Below the pieces are notes generated by a model. That model saw only the letters and a program-made list of their open reading frames with translations. It did not search any database and had not been told where the DNA came from. DNA of 64,000 bases from Podarcis bocagei (lineage: Eukaryota): assembly GCA_964188305.1 (NCBI GenBank), contig OZ076889.1, one strand, 5' to 3'. A program made the translations under genes and the position numbers. This document shows positions 13,366 to 26,500 of the stretch, in pieces. Position 1 is the stretch's first letter, and each line of letters opens with the position of its first letter.

Positions 13366-13606
13366 CAGTGGTACCTCGGTTTACGAACTTAATCCATTCT
13401 GGAAGTTCGTTCTTAAACAGAAACTGTTCTTAAACCAAAGTGCGCTTTCCCTAATGAGGCCTCACACTGCCGTTGCCCTTCCACCGTTCTGATTCCATTC
13501 TTAGACAGAGGTAAAGTTTGCAAACTGGGACACTATTTCTGGTTTTGCGGAGTTTGTAAACTGAATTGTTCTTAAACCGGACTGTTTTTAAACTGAGGTA
13601 CCACTG
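13366..13606. mobile_element. Tigger/pogo-type MITE
   Basis: TIRs cagtggtacctcggttt / aaactgaggtaccactg; TA on the left. Confidence 0.85.
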
Positions 13607-14496
13607 TCCTACTTAACTCAAACGAGAACTCTCTAAGTTGCTTACAAAATACTTTTATTTCCAAAAGTTAGCTAAGAGTGTGATTCCAAGTGAGTTGTAG
13701 GTTGGGGTGTGAAGTGACAGATTGTATTCTATTTTTAATCGCATGTTGGCTAGCACTGGCAAGGTTGGAGGTGTACGGACAGACTTGTCTTCTTCTTGGC
13801 TCCCAGGGAGCCTTTTCTTTTTTAAAAGAATCACCCCATTGGTTCTAATGGAGAGGGAAGTTAGACTAGTTTCAGAGTGGCATGGATGCGGACCTGATCC
13901 TGTCTTGGCCAGTCATACTCTGCCCTTGGAGTGTCTCGTTTCAGGGCCTAACATTGATTACTGCTAGTGAAAATAGAACTGTGCCTATGGAGCTTTCCCA
14001 CATAACGTCCCTCCTCCCCAATGGAGAGATCTTCACTGCCATCAGAGGGGCTCCTCCATGCATCCCTAACCCCTTCCATCCATTAGATCTGTGAGTTAGG
14101 ACTCCCCTTTCCCTTCCCGTCTTTAGAAAGAAAAGGAACAATATGATTTTATTAGGGTTTTTAAAAAATAATAATAATACTTGCAGCAAATAACTGATAA
14201 AACCAAAATAAATCCTTAAGTCCCTTCTTAGTCTAGAAGGCTTCTACTTTATTTGTATATCTGGCTGATATTGAGGAGGCATTAGGAATTAGAGGATCAA
14301 TACAGTTTCATCATCACAGTTTTGTAATACTGGGAAATGCTTTTGATTTTATAGGAAATAGTCAAACTAGCTTAAATTTTAAGCTTGGTAATAATCTCTA
14401 AATCTTGTGATGGGACATTGGAATATTGCTAGAAGTTCATAACTGGCTGTCTGCTTGACAGGTTCAGACAAGGAGCTGGGTGGCATTTCCTGACAA

Positions 14497-14566
14497 ATGG
14501 AGAACTATTTCCAGGCAGAGGCTTTTAACCTTGATAAGGTTTTAGATGAATTTGAACAAAATGAAG
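14497..14566 (+). CDS. ZFYVE9: ZFYVE9 coding exon 1 (whole exon 14462-14566)
   Basis: [23 protein letters not shown]; in-frame TGA 6 nt upstream of ATG; acceptor gacag|14462, donor G|GTGAGT. Confidence 0.95.
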
Positions 14567-17500
14567 GTGAGTAACTTTTGTTAGGGCTGGAGATGCAAAC
14601 TAATATCTGGATCTCTGACTCTGGTTGTATTTTTTTGTATTTCCTGTTCCATTGTAACTAACATCTGTTATGCATTTGCTGGGAATAAAAGTCTGAAAAG
14701 GATATTGAGAAATCTACAATTTTTTTCTAGGTAGAAGCAGTTAAAATAATTGTCTTAAAAATTTCAGTGATTACATGAATGATATCCCTGTATTAATTGG
14801 GTGTCAAACATTGGCACAATTGCATCGATATATAATTCACAGGTAAGAATTGCTTGCAGCTAGAGCTAGTACAGATAAGATTAGCTGTCTGTGCATAAGA
14901 AGTAATCAGCTTCCATCCGCTCTTTTGCCACCCAGAATGCACATACTCCCAGATCAATCCCCCATTTTACACTAAGTTCAGTGTTACATTTCATTGTGCT
15001 CCTAGTTAGCACAAGTCTTAACTAGCTTTTACAACACTGATTAATTGTTTGTTTTCTATACCTATGACTCTGCTAACTGATGGCTAAAATTTGCACATAA
15101 TAGTGGTGCTGTGGGTTAAACCACAGAGCCTAGGACTTGCTGATCAGAAGGTCGGCGATTCGAATCCCCACGATGGGGTGAGCTCCCATTGCTCGGTCCC
15201 AGCTCCTGCCCACCTAGCAGTTCGAAAGCACGTCAAACTGCAAGTAGATAAATAGGTACCGCTCCGGCAGGAAGGTAAACGGCGTTTCTGTGTGCTGCTC
15301 TGGTTCGCCAGAAGTGGCTTAGTCATGCTGGCCACATGACCCGGAAGCTGTCTGCGGACAAAGCCCGGCTCCCTCGGCCAATAAAGCGAGATGAGCGCCG
15401 CAACCCCAGAGTCCGTCACGACTGGACCTAATGGTCAGGGGTCCCTTTACCTTTTTTAACTAACATAAACTGTGGCTTAGCACAAATGAGCAAATGTGTG
15501 GGTCCAGGGGATTGTGACCACTGCCCTTTTTCCCTGCTCCTTCTGCCACTGCGCTACCCAGGACTAAGCCATAGTTCGGCTTAGCCTTTCATTTGAACAC
15601 AGGCTCATGGTCTGTCTCCTCCAGATGAACCATGAGTGGTAAACCAAGAACAAATATTGGTTACAGCTTGTCGTTTGTGTTAGCATTTAGTTTACATCAC
15701 AAAATAAAAGCAGTAAACTCCCTGAGTAATCACAAATAACTAGGGGGGAATTCAGCTTCACGCTGTCACAAATGTTCCATCTGTACAAGCGTATCAGTTT
15801 CCCAGATGGAATGATCCCTTGCTCTTGTGTGCTGTTTTGGGGATTCTCCCAACCCCTTGTGCAAATTATAGATGTGGCATGTGTGGGAGGGGAAAGCCCT
15901 GTTGTGGAAGCCTTCCTCTAATGGGGTTTGGTAGGTGTATTCCTCCCTAGGTTCTGTGGCTTGTTGTAGGAATACAAGAGCTTATTAACTTACTAACTAC
16001 ATTACTAAATGTGTACATTGAGGAGGGAGAAGAAAAAATGGCATTCACACAATACTGAAACATCAAACATGTTTTGTAAAATTAAATTCCCAAGTGGTTT
16101 GTTTGTCTGTGATTGCTGTATTTCCTGTTACGTGATTTGTATGTAGCTAAGTCACTTTCCCCCTTATACTATGCTACTTCACTGTTCTGCTGCTGTGAAT
16201 GCCTGCTAAAACATGGATAGGATTTATCATTGTATAATTTGTACAAGTAGGGCATTCTCTGGCATGAAAAGTGTAGCAATGGAAACAGGCAAACCCAAAA
16301 AGAGCTTGGCTGGATTAGATGAAAGGTCTGTCAAGTTCAGCATCCTGTTTCTCACATAAACCAAAGAGGTGCCTTTGGGGAGATTATAAGTAGGCTATTT
16401 CCACTCCCACTTTTTCTCCCCAAGACCTAGTAATGTGGTATACTGCTTCCAGACATGGAGGCTTCATATAGTCATCATAACTAATAGGCATTGTTAGACT
16501 AATTGATGGAAGGTCTAATCCCATTTTTAAAGCCATCACAGCTAATGGTCATCTTGTGGCACCACATGCCATTAATAAATAAATAGCTTTTCTAAGGAAA
16601 AACACAACCTTTGGTGTTTAATGACTCCAACTACAGAAGCAATCAAAGTGCTATTTGAGAGTTAATGTGATTTGGTTACCTTTTTTGGCCAACGTTTATT
16701 CGCTAGTTGGGCTGATAGAAATTGCTTTCTTAGGGCTTGTCCACGCTGTAGTGTTCTTCTGAGAAACGAAAATAGTTTTAGTCTGTGGGTATAACTCATA
16801 GACTAATTGCTTTCCTGAGTGGTTTCCCTTTTTATGGTGCTAAATGATGTATTTGCAAAAAGCAGATATGATTCCTGGATTGCTGTTTGAGAAAGCACTG
16901 CAGCAGCCTGAAGGGCGGATGCTGGAGGAAGGACGGTTGGAGAGGCAAAAAGCAGCCCCTTTTGGGGAGTGTGAGGACTAAATTTTGAGAGGGTTTTTGC
17001 TTTTGCTGTTGCTGGCATTGAGCATTGTGTGCCAAGAAGATACCATCGTCAGCCACATGTGGCTGAATTGGGTGAATCTGTCTCTTTATCCAGCCGTTCT
17101 TCAGTGGGTGGAGAAGTTGCAGTTCTTCATTTATTATTATTTTTTATATTTACTAAATTTGCATACTGCCCTTCATCCACCGATCTCAGGGTAGTTCACC
17201 TGAATGCTGTAGTGACAGATTTTGCTCCCCAGAAAGGGTCTCTGCTTCCTCCCCAGTCACTACTGCAGCTGAAGAGTTCTTAAAACACTCACCACCTTAA
17301 ACTGGTATAGCACTGCAAATTTGTTACCATATGAATACCAAAATAGTTTTGATTGGTTTATGTTTGTGTGCATGTATAAAAGGCAGTAGGTGCACTTTGA
17401 TGAAGTATTTATATTTTGGCCATGGTTTAGATTGCAAACTGGCAGCAAAGCTAGATGATATTAGAAATGCATGTTCTCCTTTAATGTGGCCTGCTTTTAA

Positions 17501-20500
17501 AAAAATTAATTGGGGGGGGTGGAGGGTGTGTGAACCCTCCACTGCTATTTGCCCTGAGGGAGAAGCTGCCATTGGTGACAGTGGCAACTTTCCTTTCTGG
17601 TAAATAGCAGCACCTGTATCATGTGTATAAAAAGAACCATGGTGCGGGGGAAAGGGTCAAACTCCAGTTTTTAAGCATTGTAGCTCCAGTCCTGATGAAC
17701 TTCTTAATGTTTGCTATTCCTCCCTCCCAAAAAAAGACATGTGAAATGCGACCATGCATTTCTCATTTTGTCTAGTTTTAGCCAGAACAGTATATACAGT
17801 TGGAAGCAGTATACTAACTAATGGACTTTCTGTGCTTGGGCCCTATTACCTCTACTGAGATTTTCAGTATAGTATGTGATTTTTTTTATTATATGTGGAA
17901 CAAACATGCATTTATTTAATTTTACATGATCTCTGTTTTGATTTTGGCAACTGGAGAATGTATAAAGCCGTTTATTCCAGTGTTTCCGCAGTGTTCCTAA
18001 GCTATATAGTTATGTAAAACACTTAAGAATTGCTATACAGTTAACAATGCCATCTACAAAGGGAACAGTAACTAGAAATGCTTTTGCTTCCACAATATTT
18101 TTCAGTATAAGAAGCGATATGCAATTATTTTAATCTCATTTATGCTTACGATAATTCTGTGAAGTTAGCTAAAGCTGCAAGATGATGTCCTGCCCAAGGT
18201 CACCCAATTAGCTTTAAGATTAAACAGGAATTTCAATGTGCTTTTGAGTCTCCAAAATTGACATTCAGTTCAGTTTGCTGTGCTATATTGTCCCCAGCTT
18301 CTTTGAATAACTTATATGATGTCAATTCTTGTTTGGGTTTTACATGTTTGTCTTAATTAATGCTGTTGTTTTCTACTTCCTCTGGTTTGCAGCTAAATAT
18401 ATCAATCAAGATGTTAAGATTACGTATTCCCATAAAATGTGTATTATAAATAAATATTTCTGTTCCAGGCCTTAGAGACTAATCAAAACCAGAAATCTAA
18501 CTTGGGAGGCAAACTGATAATCTAGAGAAATGTATGACTGCATTTTCATCTTTTTGAATTTGATTTAAAAAATAGCAGTTGTGGGAGTACCTAATCTGCA
18601 TTGGGTCTCCAGCACAGGGTAAGGAATATTTTAATACTTTGTCCCTGTGCTTTTTTCCTCACAAAATTTCTCCCTTAAGCTACTATTCACTCTGGAATGA
18701 AAAACATATGACACCCATTTGTGTGTTCTTCTAGGGCAAATAGCAACTTATGGGTGGTTTTCATTGGGAAACTTCAAGAGGTAAAGTGTTAAACCAACCT
18801 ACACTGTGGTTCTGATTTAGACTAAGACCTTTGTGACTGTAGAACTGCATACATTTCAAAAGATGGAAATACAGTAATTTTCATGCAAACTGGGATCTTG
18901 TCTGATCCTGGGTTTAAGCTAGTTTAACTATAATTGCTTCTTGCAAAATAAGATAATAATTATTGTTACGCAATACACTTGTAATGTAGTACCCACACAG
19001 GGGTGAAGGATTGCTGCACTTCAGGGGGTTGGACTAGATGGCTCTCGTGGTTCCTTCCAACTCTAATTCTGTGGTCTACAGTTCTTGGAATAGTAGCGTA
19101 TTGACCCGAATATAAGCCGCACCCGAATAAAAGCCGCATCTTTAAAATTCATGGGGGGGGGGGGAGGAAAAAAGATAATACCTGAATATAAGCTGCTCCC
19201 TTAAAATTCTGCAGGCATTCACACCCATTCCATTTTACCATATGTCTGTTTCAGTAGCAATATCATAAAAGCCAATTTTTGTAAGGTCGCAAATTTAAGC
19301 CACACTTTAAACTTTTCACGGACAGAATTTGGAAAAAAAGTGAGGCTTATATTCAGGCCAATACAGTATTATGTATTTTCCTTTGATATACAAACATTTG
19401 AACCTCTTGTGCAAAGTACAAGTTACATATGCTGAATTTATTGCATATTGATTTAAGTTACTTATCTTTTCAGATGAAGCCATTTCACCTACTTTGTTGG
19501 ATGCAAAGTGGAATAAGATCCTAGATCCTCCTTCCCATCGGCTGTCTTTTAACCCAGCTCTGGCCAACGTGAATGAATCCACAATTCCTAATGAGTGTCC
19601 GCAAAAGTTGAAGTCATTCTCCCTGTCTCAGTTAGCCACTGCATCAACAGGAGGAGGAGATTGCTGTTCTAATGGAAAGAATGTTAATATAAGACAAGAA
19701 AGCCCAAACATGTGGATTGATGATCAGGCAGCAACAGATGATCATCAGCTAGTTAAGAGAAATAGCAATCGAAATGCCCTGTACAATTTGATGGATGAAG
19801 AAGGAAGGAAAAAGAAACCAGAGGAAAAAAACGTTCTTGTAGTAGCAGTCATGCATAACTGTGACAAAAAAGGACTGCAAAGTGATTTGTTAGATTGTAG
19901 AAATTACAGCAATTCCCCCAGAATGGATACTGTTAGCTTTACACTGGATAATGAAACCCAACAAGCTGATCACATTGATGTTACTGTAAACGGGTCCATT
20001 GAAAAAGATTCAGATACTGAAAAAGATGCAGTACAAGCAAACAGGCTACCTGCAGAAGAAGATTTTTTCAACCATTGTAGTGTTGCTGCTTCTGCCTGCT
20101 TATCCAGTGGATATTCTTCTCGGTTAAAGGAGAGCGATAATTCAAACAAAGACCTTCATTTCTCAGAAACTGCAGCAGCAGGGATGAATGTAATTACATT
20201 GCAGAGGCCACTTGGCCCTAGTGTTAAAATACAGCAAAGCTGTGCATCAGGTGAGGGTTTTGATACTGATGCTGTTGCTCAGCTGGAAACTAGAAACTGT
20301 TTACCTAGTTCACGTAATGGTGGTTTCTCCACAGAGGTTTCTGTTGCAGAACCAGCAGCCCAGCCATTTCAGTCAGGGATATGTGAGGTCTCTGCAACTT
20401 GTCAGCCAAATACGCTTGAAAGTGGTAATCACGGTGAAAGTTCTGACGGACATTTGGCTTCTATGGATGTTGGTGCTGCTGACAATGAAGCTGACAAATA

Positions 20501-23500
20501 TGAAAAAATACTCAGCTCAACTGAATTGCTCAGCACCACAGTTTGTTTATCAGAATCTCAGGAGATGGCAAATGGGGAACTGACTAAAGAAAATCAGATC
20601 AGTAATGAGCAAACACCTGGGGAGGATGAAACACTGTTGCATACAGCAAAGCGGGAGGAAGCATGTAGTAGTAATGGAGATAGCAGCGATGGCATGACAG
20701 TAGCAAGTCAGGACTTAAAGGGAGCATATATGGATGAGTTTGAAGATTCCAGCCCCACTGATGTCATGAGTACATCGGCATCAAGTGCTCTGCTCAATTG
20801 TTGTGATTCCTATGGAATACAGAACCCAATTCTTGCTCATATTCCAAAGACTTTACCCTCCAAGGAAGACTCGGTGACTGAGGAAAAGGAGATAGAGGAG
20901 AGCAAATCAGAATGTTACAATAATGTTTATGAACAAAGAGGAAATGAGGCCACAGAGAGAAGTGGGCTCATTTTGAACTGCACTGGTGACCAAATTAAAA
21001 AAAAACATTTACATAATCTCTGCAGTCAGGTACCATCTGAAACAAGTCAAGCATCACCAAAACAAGCAGCTAGTCTGCAGCCTCTCAGTGTTCCTTTTGG
21101 TGGTGCCCGACCCAAACAGCCTACAAATCTTAAACTACAAATTCCAAAGCCATTATCGGACCATTTACAAAATGATCTGGTTCCCCCAAACTGTGGAGGA
21201 AACAGTAAAAACAAAAATGATGTATCTGGAAAAGTAAAAGTAGGTGAAAACATAGCAAATGTATTTTCTGATGAAACATCACTGAGTGCATCAGTCACAG
21301 ATATTGGCGGGGAGCATTCTGATGATTATAAGTCTGGGGTTTCTAGTAGTTCGTGCCTTGCAGCAGCTTCAGATAGTCCGGACAACGACCTTGGAGCTGG
21401 CCAGTTTGGAGTTCCTACAAGAAAGCCATTTACTACTTTGGGTGAAGTGGCTCCGGTCTGGGTTCCAGATTCTCAAGCACCAAACTGCATGAAATGTGAG
21501 GCCAGATTTACATTCACTAAAAGGCGACACCATTGCAGAGCCTGTGGAAAGGTATGTTTATATTTAATGAAATATTTTCACAAGTGATTGAAGCCACAGA
21601 ATTGGGGGGATATTTTTAGTAAGCATTTTGTAGTTTTTAGCAAAGTAAGGTTAGATATCTATTTTAATGGCTACTGAAAATAACATGAGTGTTAAAGGTA
21701 TTATTAATTGTTAGTTTTGCGTCAAGCTAGAAAACAAGTATACACCCCAAATAAATAACTTATTGAATCTTATGGGGTCCCCCCCTCCAGCACACTTTGT
21801 GATAAAGTATAGGCAGAAGCAGAGCTGCAGCACTAGGTTTCTGGCAGAGGTGTTGTTGCTGCAGCTTACTGGGAGGTAGTGGAGCAAGGTGACAGAGAGG
21901 TCAGTGTGGTGTGGCTCAACTGGCGGGAATGCCGGATTGACTTTGCCAGTGTGGACGCACCACACCAACTTCTGTTATACCTTGGCTTCCTCCTCCTGAT
22001 AAGTAGCAGCAGCAGCAGCCCAGCTGATGGGAATCTAGGGTGCTGCTCTGCCCCACTGGGTAAACCACTTTTCACTATAGGCTGCTTGCTGTGGTGAGTG
22101 TGGCATCACATTCTGGCAAGAGTAATAAACAGCCAACCTTCACCCCAGCTTTCAAGCTGTGGGGTGGTCCATGATGAGAGGTTGGGAGGTGGTTTGGCAG
22201 CTGGTGAGCCCGGCCATGGAGACCAAATTGGCAACCCTTCTGCTGGCCTTTCCTGCTCCATATCAGAAAGGATGAAAGCAGAGGGAGGGGAAAAGAGGTG
22301 TCTTCAGGCAGTGGCTGTTCCCTGACTTGCCTTTTCCTTTTTAAGAAGAGTGTTGTATGTCGTTCTCTAAGGTGCTTGCCATGCTTTCAAGCCGTTGCTG
22401 CAAACAGTAAGCAGTCTCTGCCCTGAATGATTGATCAGCCAAAAATTAACTGATTTGCTTGTTATTTCATACATTTGTGGTATCACTATTACAATATAAC
22501 ACCACTCCAAATTCTTAGAAGACTCTAGGGTGGAGAGGGAATGTTGTGATAGCTAAAAATACATGATGTTGGTAATGGGTAAAGCACTTCTCTGTACAAG
22601 TGCTTCTTATACAGGTTGGACCATTTTACAAGTGGTTTTATCACACATCAGTAGAAATAAGTCCACAAACAATATGTTCCCACAAAATCTTTATATCCCA
22701 CCTGCCTTCATGTAACTAACTCATTAGCAGATTTAGAGATGATGAAAAATATTTTCTGTCTGGTTGCCTGAAAGGAATGCTGACTCAGCATAAGTGACCA
22801 AACAAAAAGTCATTTGTAAGCCTGGTTTTGTATCATGTTATCCGGTTTTCAGCTGAAAAAATACCAATATTTTGTTTTTTAAATATTCCTGAGAAATAAG
22901 TAAATGTGTGGCATTTAGGATTTCTGTGCTTTCATTTTAAATTGGATGTAAAATAAGCCTGATATCTTGGGGCCTTATAAAAATACAGACTTGAATATTG
23001 TTCTCAACTAAGACAAGGTAAAGTAGAATTAAGTGAATAAAAGATCTGTAATCAGCACAGCTGTGCATGGTGCTGTAGAAATGGAAGTGTTTTCTTTAGC
23101 AATTATCCATTTTATTTTTCAAAGAAAGCACAGGGGCTTTTCTTTCAGTGGGATTCCTGCTTGTAGTAAAATGTTAGGCCTTTCTAAACCATTTAACTGT
23201 AATAGACACCTCTTTCTTCCCATTTGAAACTTCTTTTACACTGAGAGCCCCTTCAGGCTGGTGTTTTATCACAGGTTTATTCTGCAACGTATCCTTGGCA
23301 CAATAATAGTGCAAAAGTGGTGGATTCATTTTGCTTAAATTTGTTCTGTGGTGCTGCCTCATTATTGTTGTAACAACAATTGTGCAACAAAACCAGAACG
23401 TTTGCGGTATAAAAAGTAATAGGGTTTCAGCAGACAGTTACAGGATATGCACTGGTTGAAAATGAAGAAATGTGGCTGCCCCAAAACCTTTGCAGGTACA

Positions 23501-26500
23501 AACAGTATTGAAAGTGGGATTGCATGTCACTGCCCTGATAGCACCACTGTAGTTTATTGCTGTATAAGAACCTCTCTCTCCCTTAATATTTAATGCTGAT
23601 GCACAAATTGGTATAGGTAATAATCACTATAATACCCAACACTATGCTGATGTTTTCCTTTACACGAAGCATTTTGGCATTGCTTTATTTACAGTTCATT
23701 TCCTCTGGGCAGCAGATTTTTCATTGACCTTGACTTTGTTTGAATAAGCATTACTGTATCCAGTGTGATACTCTTTTTCTCCAGTGAATAAGTTACATAA
23801 TAACTTGCACCTCACTGAATTCAACTTTAGCAAAGATGGTCCTGAACATGGGTTTAAAAAAAGATATAACAATTGATTTGGGGAGATCCTCTGTACAGAT
23901 TAGGCCAGTTTGTATTTTTCTTTCTCAGTGAGATAATGGGGGAAGAGACATCTTCTATACATGCTACAAGAATTTTCAACAATTAATCTAAAGTTTTCAT
24001 TTCTGTGAAAGGATTATTGTTAAATATTTGGTTTGTTTAATGTAGTTGGGATGTTTGGAATAGTAAATTATGAATGAAAAGTTAGTATTTCATTTCCCAG
24101 CTTAGGGCACTGATTTTTTTCATAAATTTAAATTTCCATCCTAGTCTACTGTTGAGCTGAATTTTCCAGCAACAATTCCTCCATGAGCGTAGAAATATAA
24201 AATATTGTATGTTTTTTTTGAGTGTGGAAATTTCATTCAAAGTTGAGCGGCTGTTTAATTTTTCATTAAATATATATTGTTAGATCACAGGAAGGAAAGA
24301 GTACAAGAACCTCATTAGAAATTGAAATGCTACCGTCTATGCAATATAAGGCAATAACTAATAGGACAAAACCAGCCTTACTTCCTGAATTAAAACCAGG
24401 AGCTATTTTTGGTGCATTTTGACTATGCTTGAGTATATTTGCTGTTTAATAAAGGTGAAGTAAAGCTTGGCCGCTATGAAACTGTAAATGTTGACTGGCT
24501 AACTGTTTCAGTGTAGGTGCATTGAGACCTCAACACAGAGTTGAGGGCAAGTGTGTTCAGACCTCTAATGTATTTATTTAATGAAGTGGGAAAGTGGCCA
24601 AGGTTATAAAGACTGTAAGATTTTGATATTCTGCATAGGAATACCACAATATTAACTCAGACATTTCCTGTTTTCAGCATAATCAAATAATGTGATAATG
24701 GGTGCCTCTAGTTTTATTATATCCCATTAAGTTATATTCTGTCTGATCAATATAAATCCCATAACTCATTACAAGACAGGAATATTGTACTAAGGTTGAT
24801 TTGGGTTGTTGTTGGTGGTGGGGTTTTTTGGGGGGGGTGTCATTCTAGCACTTTTCCTGTAGGATGAGGATAAAGCAGCACTGGTGAGTGTTGGCTAATT
24901 AGGTACAGAATTCAATCTGAAAACTTGTAGTCATAAAAGAGTGCTAAATGACTGAATATATTTTTCCTATTTTACTTAAGGTATTCTGTGCAGCCTGCTG
25001 CAGTCTAAAATGCAAGCTGCTGTATATGGACAGAAAGGAAGCCAGAGTGTGTGTAATTTGCCATTCGGTCCTAATGAATGGTAAGTAACAGGGTAGGAAC
25101 TAAATGTAAGTTCCACTAACATTGTGCTGTACAGAACCAACCATGTACATGAGTGGGATAAATAATGTGGCCTAGTGCGTTTTGTTTCCCTACTGGAAAT
25201 TATTTCAATATGGATAATTATTTTCTAAAGTGATGTCCCAATCTGTACTCATGAGCTATTTCAAAACTAACCTGTTTCCACAATTCCTGATTTATAGAAG
25301 AAACTAGGCAGGCTCAATGTTTGTGCATGGAGTGTGATTGATCTGAATCCCATCAGAGCTTTAAATAGTGTCAGATGACTTGAACTCACTTTTTCAGGTA
25401 GAAATTCGTGCACCTTTTATACAAGTAGAGGTAGAGGTAGGTGTACGGTTTGTTGCAATTTAATCTTCTGTCCCAAAACAGTGTTCCTGGTTGTGGGAAC
25501 TCCTTTTGAGCACACAAAAACACAGTAAATCTTGCTTTCATGACTTAGAAGATGAGAGAGAATAAACGCAAGTGATTTATGTAAGGCAGTGATCTTGACA
25601 GTAGCTCCAGACATTTTGTGCTTCGTACATTACATTTTTGGTGCCTGAAAAGATGCCTGGCCTGAAAAGCTGAGTATATAAGCTCAGAAATGTCACTTCT
25701 TATCTGTCTCAAAAGGATTCTAAGAATTATGTTGTTAAAATTTGTACTGCGTTTTGACAATGAGCTACCGCAGTTTAAGTACAGTGCTATTTAAAGCATT
25801 AAATATTAACATCTCTCCCTATAGGCTGATAGAAATGTGACAGGAAATGGTGGGTTTATTGCAACTATGAATTAAAAAGTAGTGACTAAAGTGACATTGA
25901 TTTTTGAGGACAGGAAATATTATTCTCTGAGAAGAGGGGGGAGTTGCATAGGAAGCTGCATTATTTCAAGTCAGACAAGTGGTCCATCACGCACAGTGTC
26001 ATCTGCATTGAGTAACAGCAGCTCTGCAGGCCTTCAGGCAGGTGACCTTTCCAGTCCTTCTTGGAGATGGCAGTGATTGAACCTGGAACCTTCTGCTTAC
26101 GGGGCAGATCCTTTACCCTTCTTAAGGATGCCCTGAGTCAATGTCGTGAAACACTCTTGCTTTTGTAACAAAGGTAGCTGACTCCATTTGGTTAATGCAT
26201 AATACTTTTGGGTTGTACTTGTGCAAGGTTGGAACCTGATATAGGTTCATTTGTATCTGAATGTCTTTTGTTAACAAGGTCTAATAAAATTAATTGAGCT
26301 GTAATTTCCCTTCAGAAGCCTTTCCTTTCCATTACTCGTTAGTGATGGGAAAGAAAAAGTATTTATAAGAGGGTCCACATTGCCTGTAGGTGAATGTATT
26401 TCTGTGCCTGGAACCAAGCTGCATCTATGTTCTATGACATTGCAGTGGTAGGTGATGCTGCTGCTTTCCTGTTTGTTGTTTGTCAGTTAGTTACTTTGGT

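Noticed and set aside
19494-21587. 697-aa ORF as a stand-alone gene
   Set aside because: It is the large internal ZFYVE9 exon (19474-21551); its TTG start and final 11 residues are artefacts of ignoring splicing
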